Positions 1 to 11,520 of a stretch of 64,000 nucleotides of DNA are shown in pieces. The stretch spans positions 182,962,001 through 183,026,000 of the forward strand of contig OX597814.1 in the NCBI GenBank assembly GCA_951406725.2, in the 5' to 3' direction. Position 1 is the first letter of the stretch; each line of letters begins with the position of its first letter. The notes under the pieces were generated by a model. That model was not told where the DNA came from, did no database searches, and worked only from the letters and a program-made list of their open reading frames with translations. Source of the DNA: Octopus vulgaris (taxonomy: Eukaryota). The position numbers and the translations under genes were made by a program.

Positions 1-299
1 GTCACGGACATTTTGTTTCACTCTATGGTCGGTCGAGCTACAAACTATAACTTAGGTATTGATTGATAATTACTATTCTTGTTTATTGAATAGTCTGTTG
101 AAGAACAGTCGGTTCCATATTCATTAAAAAGTATTCCAGCCTAGAATGTGTGGAGAGAGGTTCTTGTAGATAATGTACTGTTCGTAGAGAGCAAACGGAG
201 TGAGAGGGAGTTACCTAGGGTGGTGTTGATTGGTGAAGAGAATTTCTGAAATATTCAGTTCTGGAGAAGAAGGATTGTATAGTGAAGAATAAATGAAGA

Positions 300-585
300 A
301 GAAATGGTAATGACGATAAGAAATAATGGGTCACTGAACGAGAAAGAGAAAGGAAGGAAATAAGAGGAAAAAGAGGAAGGAGAGGAAGAAACTAAAAGAA
401 GAAAGAAGGGGAAGAAAAGGAAGAAAAGAAGAGGTGAATGAGGGGAAAGAAGAAAAAGGGGAAGAAATAAAGAAAAAGTAGAAGAGAGAATGGGGAAGAA
501 AAAGAAAGTGAGGAGGAGGAAAAGAGGAAAAGATGAGGAGGAGAAGGAAGAAGACGAAGAGAAAGGAGAAAAAGAAGAGGAGAAT
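300..585. repeat. purine-rich (GA/GAA) low-complexity tract
   Basis: Almost purely A/G sequence; explains the F/L/S-rich ORFs 331-648 and 392-619. Confidence 0.9.
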
Positions 586-602
586 GTTCATCAAAATTAT
601 AT

Positions 603-833
603 ATTTCTTTATTAACCACAAGGGGCTAAACATAGAGGGGACAAACAAGGACAGACAAAGGTATAAAGTCGATTACATCGACCCCAGTGTCTAACTGGTA
701 CTTAATTTATCGACCCCGAAAGGATGAAAGGCAAAGTCGACCTCGGTGTGATTTGAACTCAGAATGTAACGGCAGACAAAACACGGCTACGCATTTCGCC
801 CGGCATGCTAACGTTTCTGCCAGCTCGCCGTCT
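603..833 (-). mobile_element. tRNA-derived SINE, family A (single copy)
   Basis: Reverse complement of the GGCGGCGAGCTGGCAGAAACGTTAGC...GAGTTCAAAT...GCCTTTCATCCTTTCGGGGTCGATAAATTAAGTACCAG...TAAAGAAAT family; 14-bp TSD CATCAAAATTATAT at 589-602 and 837-850. Confidence 0.85.
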
Positions 834-1054
834 TGACATCAAAATTATATCAGGGCTTGCACCAAGATGCTGTTTTTACTGAATAATCAACCAGTGTTCA
901 TCATTTTTAAATGTGTAGATTCATTTCGGTTCTGTTAGTGTTGGTAGGCCTTTAGTATAGCCATCGGAACAAACCTTCTTGCAGATAGTACTCTAAATGG
1001 TTTTAGCAACAATATTATGTCTCATGAGACTTAACATTGTTACAAAAGATATGT

Positions 1055-1615
1055 TATGTCCTGTTATTATCTGAATCCATAGTGAGGATTGCCCCGCCGA
1101 CCTCCTTTAACCGGGAGGGCAAGGCAGTTTTCCTTTGCCTAGTGGCTGTAGCGAAAGAGGTGGTATGGTGGACCCGTTTGAAAGGACTAAGGTCAGACAC
1201 TTTCCTCTTTGGCCAAGGCCTCATCAACTTTTTCAAGTTTCAGTTGAGTAGAGAGGGAAGTGCTGTCCAATAGCAAGTTTGCTGAAAGGTGGATAAATGT
1301 CGCAAGAATGGCTAGTATGAAAGGAGCCATTCTGAGGTTACACCTGTGATTTAAAAAGGTAATATAAAAGGGGAAAGGGGCTCGCTACCCCCCTTTTGAC
1401 CAGGCTCCCGTTGGCTTTTATGGGTCTTTCCACCAGGAACCTTTCGAAGCGCCTCCCCCTATTGGGAGTTTTTCGTTGTTATAATTTTTGATTGTTACAC
1501 TGTTTTTACACAGTTTTTTTTACAAACGGACAAAACCCTATGTAACCTTTCGTCCTGTTTTGTCCCTTTTTTGTTATAATTGATTTTTGTCTGACCTTGT
1601 GGCCAATAAAAGAAT
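1055..1615 (+). mobile_element. Tx1/L1-like LINE 3' end fragment
   Basis: Translation ESIVRIAPPTSFNREGKAVFLCLVAVAKEVVWWTRLKGL...GQGLINFFK matches the copy at 56235-56609; T-rich 3' UTR ending TGTGGCCAATAAAAG. Confidence 0.7.
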
Positions 1616-1664
1616 TAATTATAATTATTATTATTGTTTTTTTGTATTATTTTTGTATTTATAT

Positions 1665-1915
1665 TCGTGTAACATCGTCCGTTTTTCCGTTCTTGTTTCG
1701 TATACATTCGATCCTTTTTCCAAGGAATCTAATGCTCTTAACTTAGTTTTTCCTTTGGGCTGGCCAGATTGGAGCTATCTCAAGATTAATCAGCCGAAAT
1801 TGCGAGGATGATCCGGTTCTTGACTGAAGATTAAAGGCTTCGAATGACCCGTCAGTGTTTTTTGTATCGTCTATCTGAATGTTTTGCGTTCTTGTCCCAT
1901 TTTGCAATTTTTTTA
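1665..1915 (+). mobile_element. dispersed repeat, probable Penelope-type terminal repeat fragment
   Basis: Shares CAGCCGAAATTGCGAGGAT...GACTGAAGATTAAAGGCTTCGAATGACCCGTC...GTTTTGCGTTCTTGTCCCATTTT with 63157-63310. Confidence 0.5.
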
Positions 1916-3084
1916 CAAAAGATATACATGATACCTATCGCACTGGCGCGTGTGCGCACACAAGCGCGCACATATACACACGGTTATTTAAACCTACTGC
2001 TTCTTTATCATCCCCTACTTAATTGCTTGTGAAGTTTATCCTTCTGCTTAAATTGTAATTATATTTGTGTGTTTGCACGATGAACAGAAAAATACGTGTA
2101 TGTGAGGGTGTGTGCATGTAAGCGTGTCATGTTTTTGACGCCCATTGACAACAACGTAACTCAGTATTAGCATCTCCCTACAACCGCTTGTCAATTACAG
2201 TGTTTTTCTCCTAGCTCCATCTCGCACTAACCCTCACGCCGTTACTCCACCCCCCACTGAAATACAATCCAACAAGTTTTTTTGTTTTCTTTATCCAGGT
2301 ATATTTATAAGGAATGTCAAAATACATTGATTAAACATTGAAAATGAGCCTTAGAGATTAATCTTGGCATATCTCTGTATTACAGATTCTACTGTTAGTA
2401 TTATTGCATTGTGATAAGAGTTTACTATATTTTACTGGGCGACCCGATTGAGAAATCGGAGGTGAGGGGAAGAGCCATATTTTGGAGTCTTAATGCTCTG
2501 TTTTTGACCCGCTATTTGAATGGTGTAAAGCATATGTGAGTAGATATTTCCTCCGGGTCTTTACGTTCTGAATTCAAACACCATTGAAATCAACTTCGCC
2601 TTTTAGCTTTTTAGGGTCGATAAAATAAAGTACCAGTTAGGTACTGGAGATGATGTAACTGACTTTCCCACCATCCCTTCAAAATGCTGGTTTCATGCCA
2701 AAATTAGAAAGAATTTTGCTGTTACATAATTGTTGACTTCTGCATGGAAACTGATTGCTTAAACTCAGGTCATGCCTGACTGAGCAAAAAAATTTGATTT
2801 AACACGTTTCAACCGTGAACGTTTCGACTTTTATTTCAGACGCAATATTTCTCGGATTCCATTATTTAAGTGTGTTATCTAAGTGAGACTTGAGAAAAAT
2901 TTGACTGCTATTTTCAGCAAGTCGGTTGACTGCTTGGAAAACCATTTGTTAGCTCAGAGGTACTAGTTGTATTCGAAATTAATTGGCAGTTTGTAAACTT
3001 CTAATGTAGGTTCTCAATTCCAAGACATATGCTGCGGTGGAAATTCCTTACATTGTATATTTTACCCGTCTCATGAATATAGAA

Positions 3085-3418
3085 CAATGGTTCTCAAATG
3101 GGGACCACATGATCGTTGTGGGGTCTACATAAGATTTTGTTGTTAAAGTTTATGTGCAATAAATTGCTTACCCTTCTATAATGAAAAAGATATTTTAACA
3201 ACTTTTTTTATACAGTTCCTAATGATATTTAATTCTAAAATTATAGGTGCAGGAGTGGCTGTGTGGTATGTAGCTTGCTTACCAACCATATAGTTCCGAG
3301 TTTAGTCCCACTGCGTGACACTTTGGGAAAGTGTCTTCTGCTATAGCCTCGGGCCGACCAAAGCCTTGTGAGTGAATTTGGCAGACAGAAACTGAAAGAA
3401 GCCCGTCATATATATGTA

Positions 3419-3496
<78 letters not shown>

Positions 3497-3785
3497 TCCC
3501 TCCAACATCGCTTGACAACCGATGCCAGTGTGTTTACGTCCCCGTCACTTAGCGGTTCGGCCAAAGACACCGATAGAATAAGTACTAGGCTTACAAAGAA
3601 TAAGTCCTGGGGTCGATTTGCTCGACTAAAAGGCGGTGCTCCAGCATGGTCGCAGTCAAATGACTGAAACAAGTAAAAGTGTAAAAGAAGAGTTATTAAA
3701 TCATTTAATGGTTATGAAGGTCCATCTGAGTAAAATAGGAATCAAAGGGATTCTTAAGTATAAAAAACGGTTTTGAGAATCATTG
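3085..3785. mobile_element. hAT-like MITE relic interrupted by a SINE
   Basis: Imperfect TIRs CAATGGTTCTCAAA (3085-3098) and TTTGAGAATCATTG (3772-3785) resemble CAGTGGTTCTCAAA hAT ends; no clear TSD. Confidence 0.45.
3245..3690 (+). mobile_element. tRNA-derived SINE, family B (internal microsatellite, LINE-like tail)
   Basis: GGAGTGGCTGTGTGGT head, CORE-like (C/T)TTGGG(C/A)AAGTGTCTT segment, internal (TA)n(TG)n, tail GGCGGTGCTCCAGCATGG...CTGAAACAAGTAAAAG. Confidence 0.85.
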
Positions 3786-4069
3786 ATTGTTTCCTTCATT
3801 CTAAACTACAACAAATTAGAAGCCTGAACCCTTAAATAATATTTTGCTGACGTAGGCTACCGCTAATGTTTTCATACAAGGATTCAACCGAAAGTAATGC
3901 AAAAGTGGACATAACATTTTTATTGACCAACATAGGTCATTGAGATGTAAAACGGAAAAAGCTAAACAAAAACATAAAAACAAATAACAAACTAACAAAA
4001 AAAAAAAAACAATAAAGAGAATAATGTATCTTTTTCAGCATTTTTTTCTTTTATTCATAACTTTTTAGT

Positions 4070-4208
4070 GTAAAGATCATTTACCAACATAACGTGGCAG
4101 TCGAATGTTACTGTTATTTAACCCCAGGAAACATCGTCTCCAGCTGGCTATACGACACACAATTTGTGTCCATTCGACTGCCACGTTATATTTGCAAATA
4201 ATCTTTAC
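4070..4208. repeat. inverted repeat (~38-bp arms) enclosing a motif shared with the 25.4-26.3 kb element
   Basis: ATAACGTGGCAGTCGAATG / CATTCGACTGCCACGTTAT arms; loop contains GCTATACGACACACAATTTGTGTCCATT. Confidence 0.7.
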
Positions 4209-4319
4209 TCTAGAGTACTGCTACTGAATGTCTCTCGTTGAGAGATTTACAAATAGAAATTTTCTATTTTATTTGATCAGTGACTGTGGAATGCTGTGAA
4301 GGGCCGATTTTTTGATAAG

Positions 4320-5176
4320 ATAAAATGCTTAGTCTTGACTATTAATTCTGCCATGAAGGGAAGCCATTGGGCCGGCGGATTTCCAAGATGTAGTCTCACC
4401 AGATCATCACAGATCCTCCTCCATGTTTAACAGTTGGAAGAAGGCAGTCTTGGTCAAATGCTTCTTTTGACCCAGACTCGGGTATACTCGGCCGGTGGTC
4501 GGAAATAAGGTGAAGGATGACTGGTCCGAGAAAATAACATTCTTCCACTGCTCTAGGGACCAATTCTGTAGATTTTTACTCCATTCTAAACGCTTTGCAA
4601 TGTCTGTTTTTGAAAGTAGTGGTTTTCCGATTGCAGCTCTCTCGTGAAATCTGGCTTTGTGCAGCTCCCGGCGAACAGTTTTTGTGGAAACTAGGTTCTC
4701 GTGGTAGTCATTAAGCTCTGTAGTAATTTGGGGAGCTGTACTTTTGTGATCCTTTCTTACAATTCGCATTAAAGTTCGACGGTCCCTATCTGAAAATGTT
4801 GGTTTTTCTTCCGGAATTTTCTTTCAACGAGGAGGTTTTTCCTTCTTTCTCAAAAGCTTTCGAGACAGTACTTGATACACCAAACATTTCGGCTGTTTTC
4901 GTTATGCTAGCACCTACCATACGAGCACCAAAAATATGACCTCGTCGAAAGTTCGATAGACCTGTTTAAAAAGGTAATTAAGATTCATTAAAATTTAATG
5001 AATTTTAATTACCTTTTTCTGATGATATTTGAAAAGAAACAGCAATTTTAGCAAAACGTATTAAGTAACACTAATAATAAATAAAAAACAAAAATAAACA
5101 AGCTTTTGACAGTTTTATAGATATTTCAAAATTATGATGCTATGATGCCAGGTGTTTCCATTATTTTGTCCAATCC

Positions 5177-5179
<3 letters not shown>
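4320..5179 (-). mobile_element. Tc1-family DNA transposon, 3'-truncated and frameshifted
   Basis: ORF 4407-4769 (VSTKTVRRELH...KPLLS...RLEW...WKNVIFSDQSSF) plus TVKHGGGSVMIW in another frame; TIR CAGGGATTGGACAAAATAATGGAAACACC at 5151-5179 next to TA. Confidence 0.85.
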
Positions 5180-5220
<41 letters not shown>

Positions 5221-5222
<2 letters not shown>

Positions 5223-5968
5223 CAACAATTGAGGGTAAAATTAATTAATTATTAATCAATTTCACCAAGTGTTCAGTATGCAAAGGGACCATTTAAGGCG
5301 AATTCAAATTATTACATTATATAAAAGGGCTTAGTAAAATAAATTACTTTGCCGCATACTGAACTCATTAGAAATAGCAGCTAAAAAACTTTTTTAAAAC
5401 TATTTCTAATACTTAAAGAAAACCTCTCTCATATAGTGTTTGCTCAACTCAACTCACGAAAGTTTGGGGGTAAAGACATCAAAAAATCAAAATCAATTGT
5501 TGAAATTATAATTAATCTCCCTCTAATTAATGCTTCGGATTTTACCGAAATAAGCATAGTGTTTGCTGATTTTAACCCACGCTGGTGGAAAGGGGAGAAC
5601 AGAAATTCTTCGCTTGCATATTTGAGTTTGTTGGCACTGTTAGTTACGAGCAGATCTTCGAAAGCGATGAGAAGCCGAAAGGGTATGCTCTCACTTTCAG
5701 TGTTTTCAAATCCAAACCAAGGAGTTTCTGAGCTGATGATAGAAGTGTCGTGTTGACTAATCTTGAAACTTACGTTCTCAAATAACCTTTGCATTTGATT
5801 TTTTGATGTCTTTACCCCAAACTTTCGTGAGTTGAGTTGAGCAAACACTATATGAGAGAGGTTTTCTTTAAGTATTAGAAATAGTTTTAAAAAAGTTTTT
5901 TAGCTGCTATTTCTAATGAGTTCAGTATGCGGCAAAGTAATTTATTTTACTAAGCCCTTTTATATAAT
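5221..5968. mobile_element. Penelope-type inverted terminal-repeat element with hammerhead-like motif, inside (TA)n
   Basis: ~175-bp near-perfect inverted arms (about 5315-5491 and 5794-5968); TTCAACAATTGA at 5221 recurs inverted at 5493; (TA)n on both sides. Confidence 0.7.
5729..5780 (+). ncRNA. candidate type-I hammerhead ribozyme (degenerate stem II)
   Basis: TGAG-CTGATGA-[T AGA..GTC GTGTT GAC..TCT T]-GAAAC-TTAC-GTT-CTCA; stem I TGAG/CTCA; GUU triplet. Confidence 0.5.
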
Positions 5969-5985
5969 ATATATATATATATATA

Positions 5986-7211
5986 TTGGGTTGGCAAGAA
6001 AGTAATTTCGGTTTTTTAGTGAGAAATAAAAGACATTTTATTTCATACAAAGAATGAACTTTAATCAATTATATATTTTCCATTTTGTTCGATGACGTTT
6101 TGCCATATTTCTTGCAACTTCATGATTCCGCGCTGATAGATCATCTGGTCCTTATCAGCCATAAACTGAAGCAAGTGCTATTTCAGGTCATCATCATTAT
6201 TGAATGTCTTATCAATCAAAGAATTTTGAAAACTTCAAAATAAATGGTAATCTGATGGTGAAAAGTCAGGGCTATATGCTGGATGTTACATCACTCGCCA
6301 ACCAAGCTCCAATAATTTTTCGAGAGTTAGCAAAGACGCGTGTGGTCTAGCGTTGTCATGGTGGAACACAATTCCTTTATGATTTGCCAATTCTGGTCGT
6401 TTTTCTTTGATTGCTTCCTCCAGTTTCATTAGTTGTTGACAGTAAACATCTGAATTGATCGTTTGGTTCTTTGGAAGCAGCTCAAAATACACAACACCTT
6501 TGTAATCCCACCAAGTTGACAGCATGACTGTTTCTTGATGCAATTCAGCTGGACCATGATCGTTTTCGATTGATGTTATTGTAGACAATCCATTTTTCAT
6601 CACTAGTGAGGATTCGTTTCAAAGAAAGCTCGATTTCATTGCATTTCGCAAATATTGATCCGTTGTGTTCAGTGAATCTTTTTCAATTTATGTGGAACCC
6701 AAATATCGAGCTTCTTAACGCGTCCAATACATTTAAACTGATTTTCAATTGTTGTGTGTGATACATTTAACTTCTTTGCAATCCCTCGCGCAGTTATATG
6801 ACAGCCAGATTCAATTATGGCTTTCATTCGATCATCACCTTCAGTAGGTCGACCAGAACGTTGGTTGACTTTGAGTGAAAAATCTCCAGAGCGGAATTTT
6901 CAAAACCATTTCTGACGTGCGTTCTGCTGAGCAATCAACACCATAAACTTCACATATCTCTTTGTGAGTCTCAGTAACCTTCTTGCTTTTACAGAAATAA
7001 CAAAAGCAAAATATAGCGAAAATGTTGGTTTTTGCCCTGCATATTAAAATTGACACTGAACTAACAACTGAAACAAGATTACGCGCATTTGTCTTAAGTA
7101 AGCTGAAAGTAACGGCTATCAAATGTCAAAAGGAAACATCATAATATTGACAAAAGTCATTCAAGAAAAAAATCGTAACTCTACGAAAAACGAAATTACT
7201 TTCTTGTCAAC

Positions 7212-7215
<4 letters not shown>
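5986..7215 (-). mobile_element. full-length degenerate mariner transposon
   Basis: TIRs TTGGGTTGGCAAGAAAGTAATTTCG / CGAAATTACTTTCTTGTCAACCCAA flanked by TA; fragments KEICEVYG, VMLSTWWDYKGVVYFELL...FHHDNARPH, YSPDFSPSDYHLF. Confidence 0.92.
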
Positions 7216-7260
<45 letters not shown>

Positions 7261-7262
<2 letters not shown>

Positions 7263-8716
7263 TCTTTTACTCTTTTACTTGTTTCAGCCATCCGGCTGAG
7301 GCCATGCTGGGGCACCGCCCTTGTTGCTACCCTCTCTAAGTCCAGTTTGCCGTGGCTGGCCACTGATCTAAGAGAGAGTTTGTAGCTGCTGCCCTTAGGT
7401 TACCTTCGTACCTTGCAGTGGGTTCATCTGGGATCCCGGAAAGCAGCTTGTCTAGATGTTTTTTGAAAATGTCCACATCCGCATCATGTAGATCTCTTAG
7501 TTTTCTTGGCAGTTTGTTGAAAAGCTGAGGGCCCCTGAACCCCAGGCTATTACAGTATCTGCTCCTTACCCTGGATGTGGAAGACGGGACCTTTGGCACC
7601 ACACAGTGACGTCCTGTACGGGGATTGGAACAGCTCTCAATTCCAAAATTTGGTGCTAGTCCCTCCAGGATTTTCCATATGTATATCACTGCATATCTCT
7701 CGCGTCTTCGTTCCAAGGAGTACAAATTGAGTTCCCTAAGCCTCTCCCAATAGTTCTTTTCTTTCATGGTGGAAATCCTCTTGGTGAAATGTCTTTGGAT
7801 TGTCTCAAGCTCTGTGGTTAGTTTGACACTATGCGGTGACCACAGTTGGGAGCAGTAGTCCAGGCGGCTTAGGACAAATGTCCTCCATACTGTCAACATG
7901 GTCTCGCAGTCTCTTGTCCGGAATGTCCTCAGGATCCAGCCAGTGAGTCGTCTGCACATTGTCGCCACCTTCGCGATGTGTGAAGAAAAAGATGCATCGT
8001 CACTCATGTCTATCCCCAGGTCCCGTATTGATTTCGATACTGGGATTTCGATCCCTCCTGGACCAGTATAGTTGTGTTGTAATGTATATGTGTTTACAGC
8101 TTGATATTGTAAGGCTTGAAATTTACCAGCATTAAATTGCATGTTGTTGTCTTCAGCCCATTTGTATATGGCATCCAGATCTTGTTGTAAAAGGTCAGCA
8201 TCAGCTGGGTTTTTGATTGCCTGTGCTACCTTTGTGTCATCAGCATAGCTAGTGAGGGATGTTGTTTGTGCTACCAAGGGCATGTCAGAGAGCGCCACCA
8301 AAAACAGCAAGGGTCCCAAGACTGTGCCCTGTGGCACCCCGCTTGCTATTGGTGTCTTTCCCGAGAGGGCTCCATTGGCTGCAACCATCTGGCTTCTGTC
8401 CTTCAGGAAGTCATGTATCCACTCACCTACTTTTCCTGTTATGCCGAGTCTGAGTAATTTGTGACATATCACTCCGCGGTCGACCCTGTCAAAGGCCTTC
8501 GCAAAGTCGAGATATACCACATCCACCTGTGAGCGATCCAGTAGTTGTTTCAGTACCCAGTCGTAGTGTTGTAACAGCTGCGTAAGGCAGCTTCTTCCTG
8601 GGCGAAAGCCATGCTGTGTGTCAGTGAGACGGTTAGTTTCTTCGAGGAACGTGATCAGTTTTTTTCTGATGATTCGTTCCATGACCTTACTTATGTGTGA
8701 CGTCAGGGAGACTGGC
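7261..8716 (-). mobile_element. 5'-truncated CR1/L2-group LINE, apparently young
   Basis: Uninterrupted ~460-aa RT + C-terminal frame, short 3' UTR ending in (GAGTAAAA) repeats, (TA)n on both sides. Confidence 0.92.
7336..8716 (-). pseudogene. non-LTR retrotransposon ORF2 fragment (reverse transcriptase, no endonuclease, no native start)
   Basis: [65 protein letters not shown] motifs; the MYIYIY N-terminus in the ORF track is microsatellite read-through. Confidence 0.92.
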
Positions 8717-8745
8717 ATATATATATATATATACACACATATTTA

Positions 8746-8783
<38 letters not shown>

Positions 8784-8971
8784 CACATACATATTTATAT
8801 ATATATACATACATATATACATATACATATATGTATATATATAAATATATACATATATGTATATATATATATATTTATATATATACATATAAATAAATAT
8901 ATATATATATATATATATACATACATACATACATTTATGTGTACATATAAACATATATATATATATATTTG

Positions 8972-9002
<31 letters not shown>

Positions 9003-9153
9003 ACATATATAATATATATATATGTTTGTGTGAGTGTACGTGTGTATGTGTATTCATATATGTATATATGTTAGTGTGAGTGTGCGCGTGTGTGTGTATA
9101 TATATATATGTATGTATACATATATATATATATATATATATATATGTACGTAT
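8717..9153. repeat. compound (TA)n/(TACA)n/(TG)n microsatellite
   Basis: Seen directly; explains the YI/HT-repeat ORFs. Confidence 0.95.
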
Positions 9154-9559
9154 ACTCTTTACTCTTTTTACTTGTTTCAGTCATTTGACTACGGCCATGC
9201 TGGAGCACCGCCTTTAGTCGAGCAAATCGACCCCGGGACTTATTCTTTGTAAGCCCAGTACTTATTCTATCGGTCTCTTTTGCCGAACCGCTAAGTGACA
9301 GGGACGTAAGTGACAGCATCAGTTGTCAAGCAATGCGAGGGGAACAAACACAGACACACAAACATATTCACACACACTTATATATATATACATATATACG
9401 ACAGGCTTCTTTCAGTTTCCGTCTACCAAATCCACTCACAAGGCATTGGTCGGCCCGGGGCTATAGCAGAAGACACTTGCCCAAGATGCCACGCAGTGGG
9501 ACTAAACCCGGAATCATGTGGTTGGTTAGCAAGCTACTTACCAAACAGCCACTCCTGCG

Positions 9560-9562
<3 letters not shown>
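9154..9562 (-). mobile_element. SINE family B, full length
   Basis: Reverse complement of the 3245-3690 family, including head, internal microsatellite and tail. Confidence 0.88.
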
Positions 9563-9612
<50 letters not shown>

Positions 9613-10242
9613 GTACGTATATATATATATATATGTACATACATACATACATAAATACATGCATAAACACACACACACATATATATATATATCCGCACAC
9701 ACATATGTATGTATGTATGTAATGTATGTATGTATGTATGTATGTATGTATGTATGTATGTATGTATGTATGTATGTATGTATGTATGTATGTATGTATG
9801 TTTGTATGCAACTATCATTTGTAAATATTAATATATTGGAAGAGTGTTTTCTTTAGCATGCAGCACTGAGTTCAAATGTCCCCATTTATATAGCTTGGAG
9901 TGGGAAGTCATCCAGCTGGCGTACTTGCCCTAAATACTCAACACGAAGACGAAGCCTTCAGGTGGTGATTCAATTGTATGCACTTTCTCACTATAACAAT
10001 ACTTTTAATACACCAAACTTTAGACGTAATGAATTTATGAATATTAAAATTTGACGCCGTCTTTCCTGCTGTCAAGCGATAATAATCTTGAAACTTCAAT
10101 ATATTCAAAGTTTTGCTTCATGTTCATTGTTTAAGGTCGAATATTATTAATTTCGACGAGATTAATAAAAGTATCTGGCTGATATTTAGTTGAGTCATGT
10201 AACAGATGTTGGTTGTGAAGAGCTGGAGGTTATGAAAAAAAC

Positions 10243-10286
<44 letters not shown>

Positions 10287-10708
10287 TAAAATCGGCACTA
10301 GGTAAGATTCAGCAATGCACACGCTATTGTTATTGTGTTTTGTTTGGCTACATTCTATAAACAGAACACTGATAGATGAAACGAAGTGAGATCGGCTCAG
10401 GGCAACGGAGAATTTAACGATGTTTTCTTTGCTCTGAAATATAAAGCTTTATCCACTAAGCAATGCTGACAGATATTTCAACTCGATCGTTAGAAGAGGG
10501 CGATGATAGATCTCCTCATTTAACATCTGTTTCAAATTAAGTTTCGTGACAGAAGAATAAAGAAAAAGGTGATGATGATGATGACTGTGTTAGTAGTGGT
10601 GGTGGTGGTGGTGGTAGTAGTGGTTGTGGTGAAGAAGCCTGGCTTTTACGATATTTTATTTGTGCATGGGTGGCAAGACCACAGAAAGATACTGAAAACG
10701 ATACTCAC

Positions 10709-10804
10709 TTGTTATTATAGAAGAGATTCTGTTTATAACAATGTTGGATTCTCCGTCGCTGTCGACGATGACAAGTCTGTTATTCTGCCAAGTGAAATAT
10801 ACTC
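10709..10804 (-). other. possible 96-nt coding exon of an unidentified host gene
   Basis: Minus strand TTTCAG|...|GTGAGTAT, phase 1-1; only one open frame, xVYFTWQNNRLVIVDSDGESNIVINRISSIIT. Confidence 0.3.
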
Positions 10805-10947
10805 CTGAAATTCACACGTAAGCAGTCAACATAACATTAAAGTAAGTCATTTATTTCAAACACAGCTTACTTTGCCACATGTAAGATCAATGATATTTTG
10901 GGACAAATAACTGTCTCTTCACCCACAATGTATGCGTGTGTGTGTGA

Positions 10948-11185
10948 AGGCGAGTGTCCTGGTGGTTAGAGTGTTGCACTCACAATCACAAGATCGTGGT
11001 TTCGATTCTCAGACCGGGCGATTCGTTATGTTTTTTTCAGTAAAATACTCAATCTTTAATTGACCTACGATGACTTTGGATTCTGGCCCGTGGCACACCG
11101 TAATGTTGATTTGTTGGAACGTGTGAGCTAATGTACAGTGCAAACATTTGATCGCTATAAATAAAGATCATCCGTGCATGTTGTT
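10948..11185 (+). mobile_element. old tRNA-derived SINE
   Basis: tRNA-like head GGTGGTTAGAGTGTTGCACTCACAATCACAAGATCGTGGTTTCGATTCTC. Confidence 0.55.
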
Positions 11186-11214
11186 GAGCAACAAGTTGCA
11201 GAACCACTCATTTG

Positions 11215-11324
11215 TTTTTATATATATGTGGATATGTGTGCGTGCGTGTATGTGTGTGTATGTGTATGTTTGTGCGTGTGTATATATATCTACCTCTCCA
11301 TGTATGTATGCATGTATGTATATG

Positions 11325-11378
<54 letters not shown>

Positions 11379-11409
11379 CATATGTATATATACATATGTA
11401 TATATATAT

Positions 11410-11440
<31 letters not shown>

Positions 11441-11520
11441 CATATATACATATTCATATGTATATACATGCATATATACAATATACACACATGTATGCAT
11501 GAATACACACACACATATGT
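11215..11520. repeat. compound (TG)/(TA)/(CA) microsatellite, followed by a partial SINE B (11521-11613, minus)
   Basis: Seen directly. Confidence 0.9.

Noticed and set aside
1820-1856. CTGAAGA...GAA as a hammerhead
   Set aside because: No stem II and no GAAA/stem III.
2270-2345. Strong plus-strand acceptor TTTCTTTATCCAG followed directly by GT
   Set aside because: All frames stop within a few codons and the donor consensus is poor; no support for an exon or recursive splice site.
5436-5848. Opposing ORFs both starting MFAQLNSRKFG
   Set aside because: Artefact of the inverted repeat; no recognisable domain.
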